From: Xanthomonas tesorieronis
Lineage (GTDB): Bacteria > Pseudomonadota > Gammaproteobacteria > Xanthomonadales > Xanthomonadaceae
Assembly: GCF_041245805.1 (NCBI RefSeq)
Contig: NZ_CP162490.1
Location: 347,336 to 411,335 of the forward strand
DNA: 64,000 nucleotides
Direction: 5' to 3'
Below the pieces are notes generated by a model. It worked only from the letters and a program-made list of their open reading frames with translations. It did not search any database and was not told the origin of the DNA. The number at the start of each line of letters is the position of its first letter. Position 1 is the stretch's first letter. A program made the position numbers and the translations under genes. This document shows, piece after piece, positions 50,620 through 60,127 of the stretch.

Positions 50620-52361
50620 CAGCGCGTACTTCCCTGGTTGCGGAAAATATCCAGATTCACCGGCACGCCGCGTTCGGCCAGCTCCTCGTAGAATTCGGGC
50701 ACCGCGCCGGTCGCCACGAAATTGCCGGCGACCTTGCCGTCCGGTCCGTGGTAGGTGGTCGGCTTGAACAGGAACAGGTCCTGCATCTGGATGGTGCCGC
50801 TTTCGATGCCGGTGATTTCGGTGATGTGGCTGACCTTGCGCGACCCGCAGGGATAGCGGCGCTGATGCACGATGAGGTTGACCGCCGAGGCGATCTGCTC
50901 GCGCACGACCGTCATCGGCAGCTCCATGCCGGCCATCATCACCATCACTTCCAGACGCGACAGCGTTTCGCGCGGATTGTTGGCGTGCGCCGTGGTCAAC
51001 GACCCTTCATGGCCGGTGTTCATGGCCTGCAGCATGTCCAGGCTCTCGCCTCCGCGACACTCGCCGACCACGATCCGGTCGGGGCGCATGCGCAACGCGT
51101 TCTTGACCAGGTCGCGGATGGTGATCTGGCCCTTGCCTTCCATGTTCGCGGGGCGGGCCTCCAATGCGACCAGGTTCGGCTGCACGAGCTTCAGTTCGGC
51201 CGCGTCCTCGATGGTGACGACGCGGTCGCCATCGGGAATGAAGTTCGACAGGATGTTCAACAGCGTGGTCTTGCCCGAGCCGGTACCGCCGGACACCACG
51301 ATGTTGCGGCGCTCGCGCACGGCCATGATCAGGAAGTCCAGCATCGGCTGGTTCAAGGAGCCGTATTTCAACAAGTCTTCGCCCATCAAGCGGCGCGTGG
51401 CGAATTTGCGGATGCTGATGCTCGGCCCGCGCAGGGCCACCGGCGGGATCACCGCGTTCACACGCGAGCCGTCCTTCAGGCGCGCATCGACGAGCGGCGA
51501 GCTTTCGTCGATGCGCCGGCCCAACGGGGTGACGATGCGTTCGATCGCCGCCAGGCAGGCGCGTTCGTTGGAGAACACCACCTCCGACTTCTGGATGCGC
51601 CCGGCCCGCTCGATGAAGATATCGTCGTGGGCATTGACCATGATTTCGGTGACGGTCGGATCCTCGATCAGATCTTCCAGCGGCCCCAGACCGATGGCTT
51701 CGTCCAGCACCTGTTTGGCCAGGCGGCGCGGATTGATGTCAGAGGGCAGGTCGGCGAACTCGCGCGCGAGGATGTCGTCGATCAGATTGATGGTGCTGTC
51801 GCGAAGCGCGCTGTCGTCCATGCTGCGCACGTCCATCCGGCGCAGGTCCATTTGCCGGACCAGCGCCATGTGCAGCTTGGTGCGCCAGGTGGCGATATCC
51901 GGCGGTGGCGGGCCGGCCAGCACCAAGTCGGTGGACGCCGGCGCGGCCGCCTGGGCTGCGGACGCCGCGTCGGCCGACGTCGTTGCAGGTTCGGCTACAC
52001 GCGCGGCGATGCCATCGTTGGCTGCCGGGGTGTGCTTGGCGATCCGCGCATCGTCGCCACTGACCTTGAGCACGTAGTGTCCGATGCGGATCTCGTCCTT
52101 GCCGTCGATCGGACCCTGCTTGGCCAGGACGACCTTGCCGTTGAGCGTGATCGGCTCGCGCCCGCCCAAGGGCAGGATGAAGACACCCTCGTCTTCGCGC
52201 AGCAGCGTGGCATGCTTGCCGGCGATATTCCAGCCCTGGAGCATTACCAGGTTCGCGTCGGCGCGCCCGATGCCGCACTCCCGATGCATGCATTTGACCT
52301 GGCGAGTATCGCGGCCCGGCGTATTGATCAGCACTGTGAACATGACGATGACCTTCCGCAC
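50619..52361 (-). CDS. CpaF/TadA-type pilus assembly ATPase with an N-terminal FHA domain
   Basis: FHA motifs (GIGRADANLV, KHATLL, NGKVV, GDEIRIG) occupy the first ~100 aa. These are followed by a CpaF ATPase (GGTGSGKTT Walker A, with Asp and His boxes); 580 aa. Confidence 0.85.
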   Translation of the reverse strand: MRKVIVMFTVLINTPGRDTRQVKCMHRECGIGRADANLVMLQGWNIAGKHATLLREDEGVFILPLGGREPITLNGKVVLAKQGPIDGKDEIRIGHYVLKVSGDDARIAKHTPAANDGIAARVAEPATTSADAASAAQAAAPASTDLVLAGPPPPDIATWRTKLHMALVRQMDLRRMDVRSMDDSALRDSTINLIDDILAREFADLPSDINPRRLAKQVLDEAIGLGPLEDLIEDPTVTEIMVNAHDDIFIERAGRIQKSEVVFSNERACLAAIERIVTPLGRRIDESSPLVDARLKDGSRVNAVIPPVALRGPSISIRKFATRRLMGEDLLKYGSLNQPMLDFLIMAVRERRNIVVSGGTGSGKTTLLNILSNFIPDGDRVVTIEDAAELKLVQPNLVALEARPANMEGKGQITIRDLVKNALRMRPDRIVVGECRGGESLDMLQAMNTGHEGSLTTAHANNPRETLSRLEVMVMMAGMELPMTVVREQIASAVNLIVHQRRYPCGSRKVSHITEITGIESGTIQMQDLFLFKPTTYHGPDGKVAGNFVATGAVPEFYEELAERGVPVNLDIFRNQGSTR

Positions 52362-52374
52362 TACGTGGGGTGGA

Positions 52375-53955
52375 TTACTTGATCAACTTTTCCTGCCTGG
52401 GGCTGATCTCGTCCTGCAGGCCCTTTTCCATCGCGTCGCCGCGCTGCAGGTCCTGCAGATTCTCCGGCGAGGTCGGACTGACGATGCGCGGGGTCACGAA
52501 GATCACCAGTTCGGTCTTGTTGCCGCGAAACCCGTCGGAGCGGAACAGCTTGCCCAGGATCGGGATGTCGCCGAGGATCGGCAGCTTGTCCACGGCTTTG
52601 GAGGCCTCGCGGTCGAGCAGGCCGGAGATGACGATGGTCTGGCCGGCGTTGACGTTGATTTCGGTCTCGGCACGCCGCGTCAGGAAGCCCGGCACGCCCT
52701 GCACCGACACCGAAGGATCGATCCTGCTGACCTCCGCCATGATCGAGGTGTTCACCTGATTGGAAGAGTTGACCGTCGGGTTGATGTTGAGGCGGATGCC
52801 GTATTCCTTGTATTCGATCTGGGTCTGCCCTAGCACCGACGGCACCACGATCGGCACTTCGCCGCCGACCAGGAACGAGGCGCTGCTGCCGCTCTTGGCG
52901 CTGAGTTTCGGCTGGGCCAGCACCCACGCCTTGCCACGGCTCATCAGCAGGTTGATCTGCGAGCCGATGGTGGTGGCGATGCCGAAGTAGCCCTGCGGTC
53001 CGGGCAGCTTGGTGGGCAATGTGTCCTTGACGTCCTGAAACGTCTGGTTGTTCTCGGGAAGCACGCGGAAGTAGCCGTTGCTGGTGACATCGCGGATCAA
53101 TCCGCCGATCGGACCGTCGATCGTGGTGTCCCAACGGATACCCAGGTCTTCCACCGCGTTCTTGTTGAACTCCATGATGGAAACGTCCATCTGGATCATC
53201 GGCCGCATGCCGACCGGATCGGCGCCGGCAAAGTTCAGGACCTGCGGATAGAGCTTCTGCAATGCCTGGATCTTTGCGGTGGTGGCCGCATCGATGTCGT
53301 TGCCCGAGATGACGACATTGGAGCCGATCGCCCGCACGGTGACCCCAGGCGTATTGCCCAGCAGCTCGCGCACGGTCTCGGCCACGCCTTCCGACTTGCC
53401 GCCCGTCACCGTCACGCTGACGTCGCGCTGGCTGCCGTCCGCCATCCACAGATGCACATTGGTGTCGCCGGGTTTGGTGCCGATCATGACCAGTTCGGAC
53501 TTGCCGACCGAGAACACGCTGAGCACTTCGCCATCGCCGACCGCGATGCGGCGCAGGGCGCCGTGCACGCGGCGAACCACGGCCTCGCCCGCATAGACGG
53601 TTTGGGCAGGCTGCAACGGCGGCGCCACGGACGGCTTCTTGTCGCCAGCCAGGGCGACGCCGCCCGAGGCTGTACCCGCTCCCAGTTCCTGGATCTGCGA
53701 TTCGGCCGCACGCTTGAGCTGGTCGACCTGGCGACCTTGCGCGATCAACCGCGCCTGTTCGGCCGCCGCCTCGTCCGACGGTGCGCCGGCGGCGGGTGCC
53801 GCTGCAGGATGCGCGGTCTTTGCCGTGGCTGGTGTGGCGGCCTGCTGGGCCGACGCATTGAGGCCTCCAATTCCCGCCAACAGGAGGCCGGCCAGCCACG
53901 CCGCCGATCTACCTGCCTTGTTTCCGCTACGTCCTGTTGCTTGCCTCATGCTCAA
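52375..53955 (-). CDS. cpaC: CpaC/RcpA-type secretin
   Basis: C-terminal secretin domain (LVGGEVPIVV…VNVNAGQTIVISGLL…TELVIFVTPRIV) and a signal peptide. Confidence 0.85.
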   Translation of the reverse strand: MSMRQATGRSGNKAGRSAAWLAGLLLAGIGGLNASAQQAATPATAKTAHPAAAPAAGAPSDEAAAEQARLIAQGRQVDQLKRAAESQIQELGAGTASGGVALAGDKKPSVAPPLQPAQTVYAGEAVVRRVHGALRRIAVGDGEVLSVFSVGKSELVMIGTKPGDTNVHLWMADGSQRDVSVTVTGGKSEGVAETVRELLGNTPGVTVRAIGSNVVISGNDIDAATTAKIQALQKLYPQVLNFAGADPVGMRPMIQMDVSIMEFNKNAVEDLGIRWDTTIDGPIGGLIRDVTSNGYFRVLPENNQTFQDVKDTLPTKLPGPQGYFGIATTIGSQINLLMSRGKAWVLAQPKLSAKSGSSASFLVGGEVPIVVPSVLGQTQIEYKEYGIRLNINPTVNSSNQVNTSIMAEVSRIDPSVSVQGVPGFLTRRAETEINVNAGQTIVISGLLDREASKAVDKLPILGDIPILGKLFRSDGFRGNKTELVIFVTPRIVSPTSPENLQDLQRGDAMEKGLQDEISPRQEKLIK

Positions 53956-54785
53956 CCCTTTCCGCCAATGATGAACTCAACGCGGCTGCTTCCGGTGCCG
54001 GTGCTTTCCGGATCGCCCGATCCCAGCGATCGCAGTAATTGACTCTCGCTCATGCCTGTCGCCGCGCCGGGCGAGGTGTCCTGAAGTTCGCGCAGCAGTA
54101 CACGCACTGCGCCCACCTTCGAGGCCATGGCCAACTGCTTGGCCTGGTACTGGTCCAGTTCCAGGGTGACGCTGGAGAATCCGGCCGATTCGTTCGACTC
54201 CTCTCCCTCCTTCGGCGTCGGCACATCGCCGATCCGGCTGCCGGCGGCCAGGACCTTGATCTTCTGCAGCAGCGGAAATACCTGGGCGCCGCTGCCCGAA
54301 CCGGGGGCGCCGCTGGTGGAGGCATCCTTCACGAAGAAGATGTCGATGAGGTCGCCCGGGGCGATCATGCCGGAGATCGAGTTGTTCTCGTCCACGCTCA
54401 TCGTGTAGGCGACCTTGCCCTTGGGAATCAGCCGGGAGAACTGTTCGTACAAGGGCACCAGCGCGCTGGCGCTCAGCGGTGCGCCGCCACGGGCCGGAGC
54501 GCGCAGCATGCGGCCTTCGTACTGGCCGTGGTTTTCCGGCGTGACCGCATCGGCAGGCGCGAATTCGGCAGGAATCGGCCGCGATGCCAGATCGCTGCCC
54601 TGCAGGATCGCGCCCTGCGGCAGGTCATTCACCGGCACGGCCACCTCGACCATGGGCCGCGTGTCCTGGGTGCGCTCGGCGACGGTGTTGCGGATGTAGC
54701 TCACTGCGATGAAGGCGGCGAAAGCCGCCATCACCACGGCGATCAGGATGAACAGGACGTTCTTGCTGAGTTTTGGTTTCTGCAT
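53952..54785 (-). CDS. cpaB: CpaB/RcpC Flp pilus assembly protein
   Basis: N-terminal TM anchor, then SAF/CpaB domains. ATGA overlap with cpaC. Confidence 0.8.
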   Translation of the reverse strand: MQKPKLSKNVLFILIAVVMAAFAAFIAVSYIRNTVAERTQDTRPMVEVAVPVNDLPQGAILQGSDLASRPIPAEFAPADAVTPENHGQYEGRMLRAPARGGAPLSASALVPLYEQFSRLIPKGKVAYTMSVDENNSISGMIAPGDLIDIFFVKDASTSGAPGSGSGAQVFPLLQKIKVLAAGSRIGDVPTPKEGEESNESAGFSSVTLELDQYQAKQLAMASKVGAVRVLLRELQDTSPGAATGMSESQLLRSLGSGDPESTGTGSSRVEFIIGGKG

Positions 54786-54827
54786 GAAGAGTTGCCGTCG
54801 AGGCAGGCCGTGGCGAGGGAATGGAGG

Positions 54828-55022
54828 TCAACCCACCAGGATGTCGGACGCCGAGATGGCGTAGACAAAGGCGGCATAGAGGTCTTTCAGGGCGGTGACC
54901 ACGTCGGTGATCACGTTCGGGTTGGCGATCAACACGATCACCAGCGCCATCACCACCACGGTGTATTCGATCGTGGATTGACCGCGTTGGGTGCGCTTGC
55001 GGGGCATGGCGGCGCGGATCAT
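54828..55022 (-). CDS. Small Flp-motif protein (64 aa, candidate minor pilin or pseudopilin)
   Basis: QRG/QSTIEYTVVVMALVIV matches the G-x4-EY Flp/TadE processing motif followed by a hydrophobic helix. ATGA overlap with the upstream gene. Confidence 0.5.
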   Translation of the reverse strand: MIRAAMPRKRTQRGQSTIEYTVVVMALVIVLIANPNVITDVVTALKDLYAAFVYAISASDILVG

Positions 55023-55711
55023 TCGACCACCGCCACGACCACGGTGCCGGTCTTGCCGCGGCTGGACGTCACCGTCACGCGGTCTTCCTGGCGGATGAAG
55101 CGGCCGACGCAATGCGGACTGGTCGCCGCGCAGGCCGACGAGGAGCCATCCCGCACGTAGCCTTGCGCTGCGAAGTAGCGGGTGTAGTACTGCTGATTCT
55201 GCAGCGGCGTATAGCGGTTGAGCATGCTCAAGGTCCTGACATGGCGCGGCGTGTCCATGTAGACGATGTCTTCGGCGACCTGCGTATCCGGCAGCCGTCC
55301 GAAGCCCTTGCCGACGCCGTCCGCCGGCAGGTCTTTCTTCGGCAGCTGCATGACGCCGATCTGGCCGCGCGTGCTGGTGGCGTCTCCGCTCAATTCGACA
55401 GTGACGTAATAGCCGCCTGCTTCCATGTGGCCGAGCACGGTCTTGTTGCCCATGGGAGTGGCCACGACCCCCTTGCCCCATTCCTGTCGATAGAACTGTT
55501 CCACCTGACGCGGCGGTGCGGCCACGGTGAAACGGCTGGCGCGCATCGAAACGCCGTTGTAGACCATGTGCTCGGACACGATCTCGCCGGAGGCCTGATC
55601 CGGCACAGGCACATCCGGCCAATCCGCAGCGCGTGCAGGGTGGGCGGCGAGCCCCAACAGGACCGGGCCCACCATCTGCGCGAGCAGGCGGCTGGAAGGT
55701 CGCCCGCTCAT
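55019..55711 (-). CDS. Secreted hypothetical protein (Tad locus)
   Basis: Signal peptide (LLAQMVGPVLLGLAAHPARAA). Coupled by ATGA overlaps on both sides. Confidence 0.5.
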   Translation of the reverse strand: MSGRPSSRLLAQMVGPVLLGLAAHPARAADWPDVPVPDQASGEIVSEHMVYNGVSMRASRFTVAAPPRQVEQFYRQEWGKGVVATPMGNKTVLGHMEAGGYYVTVELSGDATSTRGQIGVMQLPKKDLPADGVGKGFGRLPDTQVAEDIVYMDTPRHVRTLSMLNRYTPLQNQQYYTRYFAAQGYVRDGSSSACAATSPHCVGRFIRQEDRVTVTSSRGKTGTVVVAVVE

Positions 55712-56529
55712 TGCTTGACCGGGTAATTGGCCAGCTTGTCCGCGGGGACGACATCCGGCTCGATCGTGCCGATTTCCAGATCGCCGAGCGATCCCACCAT
55801 CGGCATGATCGGCTCCAGCACCTTCAGGGTGTCGAAGATGCCGTCCAGCCCTTCGAAATACGACAGCGGCGCCAACGGCTTCACGGTGCTGACCACGCTG
55901 CGCGGTCCGCTGCGTGGGCCGGACGCATTCCAGGCATCCGCCAGCAGGGTCTGGTGGCGTTTGTCGACCAGGTTGAGGCTGTCCAGCGGCTCCAGGAAAT
56001 GCGCCGGCCGGCCATCGGCGGTCTTCAGGTCGCGGTAGTTCAGCGATACTTCTGCGCTGACGTAGCCCTTCCGATTGGGCGGGAAGGCATTGTCGAAATA
56101 ATTTTTCGGCAACAGCGTCGCCGCTTCGTCGACGTAGCCGGGTGAATTGGCGTTGGCGGTCCGCGTGATCGACAGGTCGTTCTTTTCCAGCAACTTCCTG
56201 TTCGAAAACGTATTGAGCATCTGGTCGCCGAACGCACCGCTGCTGTTGCCGGAGGTGGCCGATTTGATCGGCGCATCGGCATCGGCGAAATTGCGGTCGA
56301 GCGCCTTGCTCTGCAATGCGCCCCGGCTGGGCGGCTGGTAGTTGTTGGCTACCGTGGCTTCCCAGGCGGCATTGCGCGCGGCCTGCATTGCCATCTGCTT
56401 GCCGTGCCCGAGCTTGGCCACGACCGGGATCAGCAGAAAGAGCGGGACCAGCACGGCGGCGCAAACGGCCAGTTCCACCATGCCTTGCCCGCGCATGCTG
56501 CGCGGCGACGCAACGGACATCGTTTTCAT
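55708..56529 (-). CDS. TadE/TadG-like pseudopilin
   Basis: MRGQGMVELAVCAAVLVPLFLLIPVV is a TadE-like N-terminus; 273 aa. Confidence 0.65.
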   Translation of the reverse strand: MKTMSVASPRSMRGQGMVELAVCAAVLVPLFLLIPVVAKLGHGKQMAMQAARNAAWEATVANNYQPPSRGALQSKALDRNFADADAPIKSATSGNSSGAFGDQMLNTFSNRKLLEKNDLSITRTANANSPGYVDEAATLLPKNYFDNAFPPNRKGYVSAEVSLNYRDLKTADGRPAHFLEPLDSLNLVDKRHQTLLADAWNASGPRSGPRSVVSTVKPLAPLSYFEGLDGIFDTLKVLEPIMPMVGSLGDLEIGTIEPDVVPADKLANYPVKQ

Positions 56530-57332
56530 CCTGCCTGCTCCTTGCCCGTCACCTCGCCGGCGGGGTCCTCGGGAAGCAGCCCCTTGCCGAGGCTGAACGA
56601 CTTGACCTGCAGCAGGCAGCCATTCCCGCCTTGCAGCGGCTTGGCTTCCAGCGGAATGGAATTCAGGTAGCTGCCCGCGCTGTCCACCGTGCAACCCGCC
56701 ACGTCGGCCGGCGCCTCGCCGAACCCCCACTTCATGCCGCCGGACCACATGCAGACCTCCTGCTGACCGTTTTGCCAGCGTGTGCACGGCTGGCCCTTGA
56801 TCTGGCCCTCGCCCATGAGCTTCCAGCCGGTGCCCTGTACGTCCTGGCGTTCCTGGGAACGTGCGCCGCTGTCGATCGCCTGGTACATGCCGGTCGCGTC
56901 TTCGATCGCGTCGTGGTCCTCGTGTTGCTCAAGCTTGGCGAGGCAGGCGCTTCGCCCGTCTTCGCCATCGGCGCCAAGCGTCCAGCTGACCTGATGCGCG
57001 AACTGGCGCCGCGCGTCGATCATGATCTCGACTTCGCCGGTCCCCAGCTTGGCTTCTTCCTGCGGCGATAGCGCGCGCATCGGCATGCCGGAGCCGCTGC
57101 AGGCGTCCATCTTGGCGTGATAGTTCTTGCGCTCCATGTTCTCGCCGCCCAGGCGCGATTCCCAGGCCAGAACGACATGCAGCGCGGGCAGTGACTTGGC
57201 GCCGTCGTCGGATGCCGAGGCGTCCGTCAGGCCGCCTTCGGCTGCATCGCGCGAATGGCAGCCGCCGGTGAAGGCAAGCAACGCAACGCAGCCTGCGGCC
57301 AGGACGCGGAATCTTTGTTCGAACAACATCAT
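56526..57332 (-). CDS. Hypothetical lipoprotein (Tad locus)
   Basis: Lipobox-like AFTGGC after the ATG at 57332. ATGA overlaps with neighbours on both sides. Confidence 0.5.
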   Translation of the reverse strand: MMLFEQRFRVLAAGCVALLAFTGGCHSRDAAEGGLTDASASDDGAKSLPALHVVLAWESRLGGENMERKNYHAKMDACSGSGMPMRALSPQEEAKLGTGEVEIMIDARRQFAHQVSWTLGADGEDGRSACLAKLEQHEDHDAIEDATGMYQAIDSGARSQERQDVQGTGWKLMGEGQIKGQPCTRWQNGQQEVCMWSGGMKWGFGEAPADVAGCTVDSAGSYLNSIPLEAKPLQGGNGCLLQVKSFSLGKGLLPEDPAGEVTGKEQAG

Positions 57333-58771
57333 GGAGCGGCCACCAAAAGAGTGCGATCCGCCACTGGCGTCTGCACCAGGCGGGCCTGCCAATACGGACT
57401 GAACAAACTGCCCTTTTCGAATTTCCCGTCGCCTTTGCCCCAGACCGAACGCCGGAAGGCGGCCAGTTCATAAGGGCGGTTGAAATAGACCTGCGCGCTG
57501 GCCATCGCGCGCAACTGGTTTCCGCGCGCCTCGTCCTTCAGTTCCATGCGGCCACGCCCGATCTTCAGCGTGGAACTGGTGCGCGCCTTTTCGATCTTGG
57601 TACCCACCTCGACCGTGTAGATCGGCCCGGCATTGGCGCCTTCGGGGGTCTGCGAATAGGTGCTCTTGACATCGTGATACTGCGGGCTGATGCCATAGCG
57701 GTAGCCGTTGAAGAAGGCCTTGTCGCGCTTGAAGTCCTCCCTGACGGCTGGATCGGCTTCGATGAACCGGCCGGCGATGTCGCTGCGCTTGGTGCCGTTG
57801 TAGGCCTTGTAGGTCCGGTTGTCGTACGGCGATTTCCATCCACGCCCGTTATTCATCCCGCCGAAGAAATTCGGCTTGCGGCCATCGACGGCCTGGGTGC
57901 CGCCCCAGCCGAGCGGAATCTTGACGTCGTCGAGCGGCCAGGGAAGCGGCAGCTTGAACTGAAATGCATCCACGGCCGACCAGCGATCGTATTCGACCAT
58001 GTCCGTGCCGCCGTTGTTGTTGAACACCCCGAAGGCCGTGCCGTCGCGGGCTCGCGTAAAGGTGTCGCGCGATGCCATGACCACGTTGCGGTAGCGCTCG
58101 CCGCCGGGATTGGTGCTGGTCAGGCCTTTACGCTGGCCGGGGCTGTAGCGTTCCAGCTGGTTGCCCGCCGAGACCACGTTCTTGGCCAGCACGCCCTTGC
58201 CGACCAGGGTCAGCTCCGCATCCGGTGCGTTGTCCTTGACCACCTTGTTGGCGAGGAGGAAGACGTTGGCTTCCGAAGCGAGCGTGCCGACCGCCGCGTC
58301 CGCCGCGAGCGCATACGGGTGATCCAGCACCTGGTCCAGTACGCGGATTTCGCCGTTCGCCACTTCCATGAAGCCTTGCCGGAAGACCTTCAGCGCCTTG
58401 TTGATCGCGGTCATGGCGCGGTCGAGTGCGATCAGCACCTCGCCCAGGCCGGGCACCCAGAACAACAAGGTTTCGGCGACCTTGGTGAATTCCCCGAAAT
58501 GCACGGAGGTGGAGTGCACCATGGTCAGCCACGAATTCAGACTGACCGTTTGCGCGATCGCCACTTCGTTGGCGACGCGTCCGCGGTTCAAGTAAGCGGC
58601 GAAGTTGCGCGCGCGTGCCTGCTCGACCGCAATGCTGTACGCAGCGGCATCGGCGGCATTGGTGATTTCCACCTTCTTGCCGACGACCTGTCCGGTGTTG
58701 AAGGTCACCAACAGGCCGACGCACAGCACCATCAAGAATGCCAGCACCATCGGCATCGACTGCCCCGACAT
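57329..58771 (-). CDS. TadG-like large pilus assembly protein or pseudopilin
   Basis: N-terminus SGQSMPMVLAFLMVLCVGLLV is a TadE/G-like motif; about 480 aa with a VWA-like body. Confidence 0.65.
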   Translation of the reverse strand: MSGQSMPMVLAFLMVLCVGLLVTFNTGQVVGKKVEITNAADAAAYSIAVEQARARNFAAYLNRGRVANEVAIAQTVSLNSWLTMVHSTSVHFGEFTKVAETLLFWVPGLGEVLIALDRAMTAINKALKVFRQGFMEVANGEIRVLDQVLDHPYALAADAAVGTLASEANVFLLANKVVKDNAPDAELTLVGKGVLAKNVVSAGNQLERYSPGQRKGLTSTNPGGERYRNVVMASRDTFTRARDGTAFGVFNNNGGTDMVEYDRWSAVDAFQFKLPLPWPLDDVKIPLGWGGTQAVDGRKPNFFGGMNNGRGWKSPYDNRTYKAYNGTKRSDIAGRFIEADPAVREDFKRDKAFFNGYRYGISPQYHDVKSTYSQTPEGANAGPIYTVEVGTKIEKARTSSTLKIGRGRMELKDEARGNQLRAMASAQVYFNRPYELAAFRRSVWGKGDGKFEKGSLFSPYWQARLVQTPVADRTLLVAAP

Positions 58772-58963
58772 GTCGGAACGGACGCGTCCCAGCCGTGGCG
58801 TAACGCCCCTGGTAGACGGATCGGCGGCGGCGATGATCCCCATCTGGTGTCCTTCCGGAAAAACGCCGTGCGAAGAACGCCATGGATGCGTTCAGCTCGG
58901 CTGGGTCCATTTAGAGGTGTTTGAAAAAACGCCGAGGCGTGCCCACGGCGGTGACGACGACAG

Positions 58964-58995
58964 GCCACCATCTGCCCGGCCGGGCAGATGGTGGC
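58964..58995 (-). terminator. Perfect 16-bp stem hairpin immediately downstream of the flp pilin gene (candidate attenuator)
   Basis: GCCACCATCTGCCCGG paired with CCGGGCAGATGGTGGC, with no clear U-tract. Confidence 0.4.
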
Positions 58996-59002
58996 GAAGG
59001 CC

Positions 59003-59281
59003 TTACTTGTTGCCGTTGTACGCGGCCATGCCCTTGTCCTTGTCGGCCTGACTCTGCGCCTTGCCGGCGTTGGTACCGGCGCGGTTGATCATCTGGCTAG
59101 CGTCCTGCTTGCCAGACAGCTCCTGCGCCATGCCGGCGACCTGGCTGCGGACGGTGCCGCCGAAGAAGGTAAACACGCCGATGGCGGCGATCGCGATCAG
59201 GGCCACGATGATGATGTACTCGGTCATGCCCTGGCCGAGCTGCTTACGGCCGAAACGAATATGCCTGCGTTGGTTCTTCAT
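59003..59281 (-). CDS. flp: Flp-family type IVb pilin (92 aa, with a C-terminal extension)
   Basis: GQGMTEYIIIVALIAIAAIGVF matches the G-x4-EY Flp motif. AAGGAGAGG RBS. First gene of the locus. Confidence 0.75.
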   Translation of the reverse strand: MKNQRRHIRFGRKQLGQGMTEYIIIVALIAIAAIGVFTFFGGTVRSQVAGMAQELSGKQDASQMINRAGTNAGKAQSQADKDKGMAAYNGNK

Positions 59282-59770
59282 TGAATCCTCTCCTTGGCTC
59301 TGGCGCCCACTGGACCGGCAGCACACTTACGTCCGCGCGGCGCGTGTAGGCGTGTGGGTTGCATACGTGAAAAGTGCACAGATTATGAAACTGATCCTTG
59401 GCCCGCATTTGACATCGGCTGACAAATGTATCTCGGACGGCGCCACTTTAGCGTCAACAAATTGCCGGAACAAGAAAACTAGCGTTAATGTTTTGACACA
59501 TTGTGGAATGCATATCCCGGAACTGAGTCAAACTCTAGGCGCACCGTTCTATGAATTGATTCACTCTGTGCTGATTCCGGGATGCCGGGATGCAGAGTCG
59601 ATTTAAAAGCGCGTCGCGTTCGACGTCGCGAGTTCTTGACTAAACAAAACAGCCGGCCGGTTTTTATTTTTTATGAATAGGGAATCCAAGCCGGATTCAC
59701 CGAGATCGGCTGGATAAATCTTGCGTAATAATAGGGATAAATATCCCAAAATTTAGCGGTCTGCCAAAAG
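59282..59770 (-). promoter_or_regulatory. AT-rich promoter/leader region of the flp-tad operon
   Basis: About 490 bp of non-coding DNA with much lower GC than the flanks and several TTGACA-like hexamers. Confidence 0.3.
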
Positions 59771-60127
59771 GGCGATTGCCATGTGCATCACCGCTCGCCG
59801 CCGCCTGCGACGCGGCGGGCCTAAATGCCAACGTCGTATCGGCCAGCGAGCATAGGGCCGCCGCTAGCGCGGCATTGGCGCTAAGGAAATGGAGCGTTGT
59901 CGGACGCACGCTACGGCCGCCACGAGGTCGCTACGAGGGAGCGTGGGCATTGCAACTGCGCCTCCGGCACCAGCGGATGTTTTGCCGACGCCGGCGATGC
60001 CTTGCGCCGAGCGCGTTCAAGCGGCTCCCGCCGCCAGCCGTCTCGCTGCTTGCGAGGCAGGACTTGTCTTGGATCTTGATGTGCAGCCCGCTGCATGCGG
60101 GCTGCACACGTCAGAGCAGCGCTCCGA

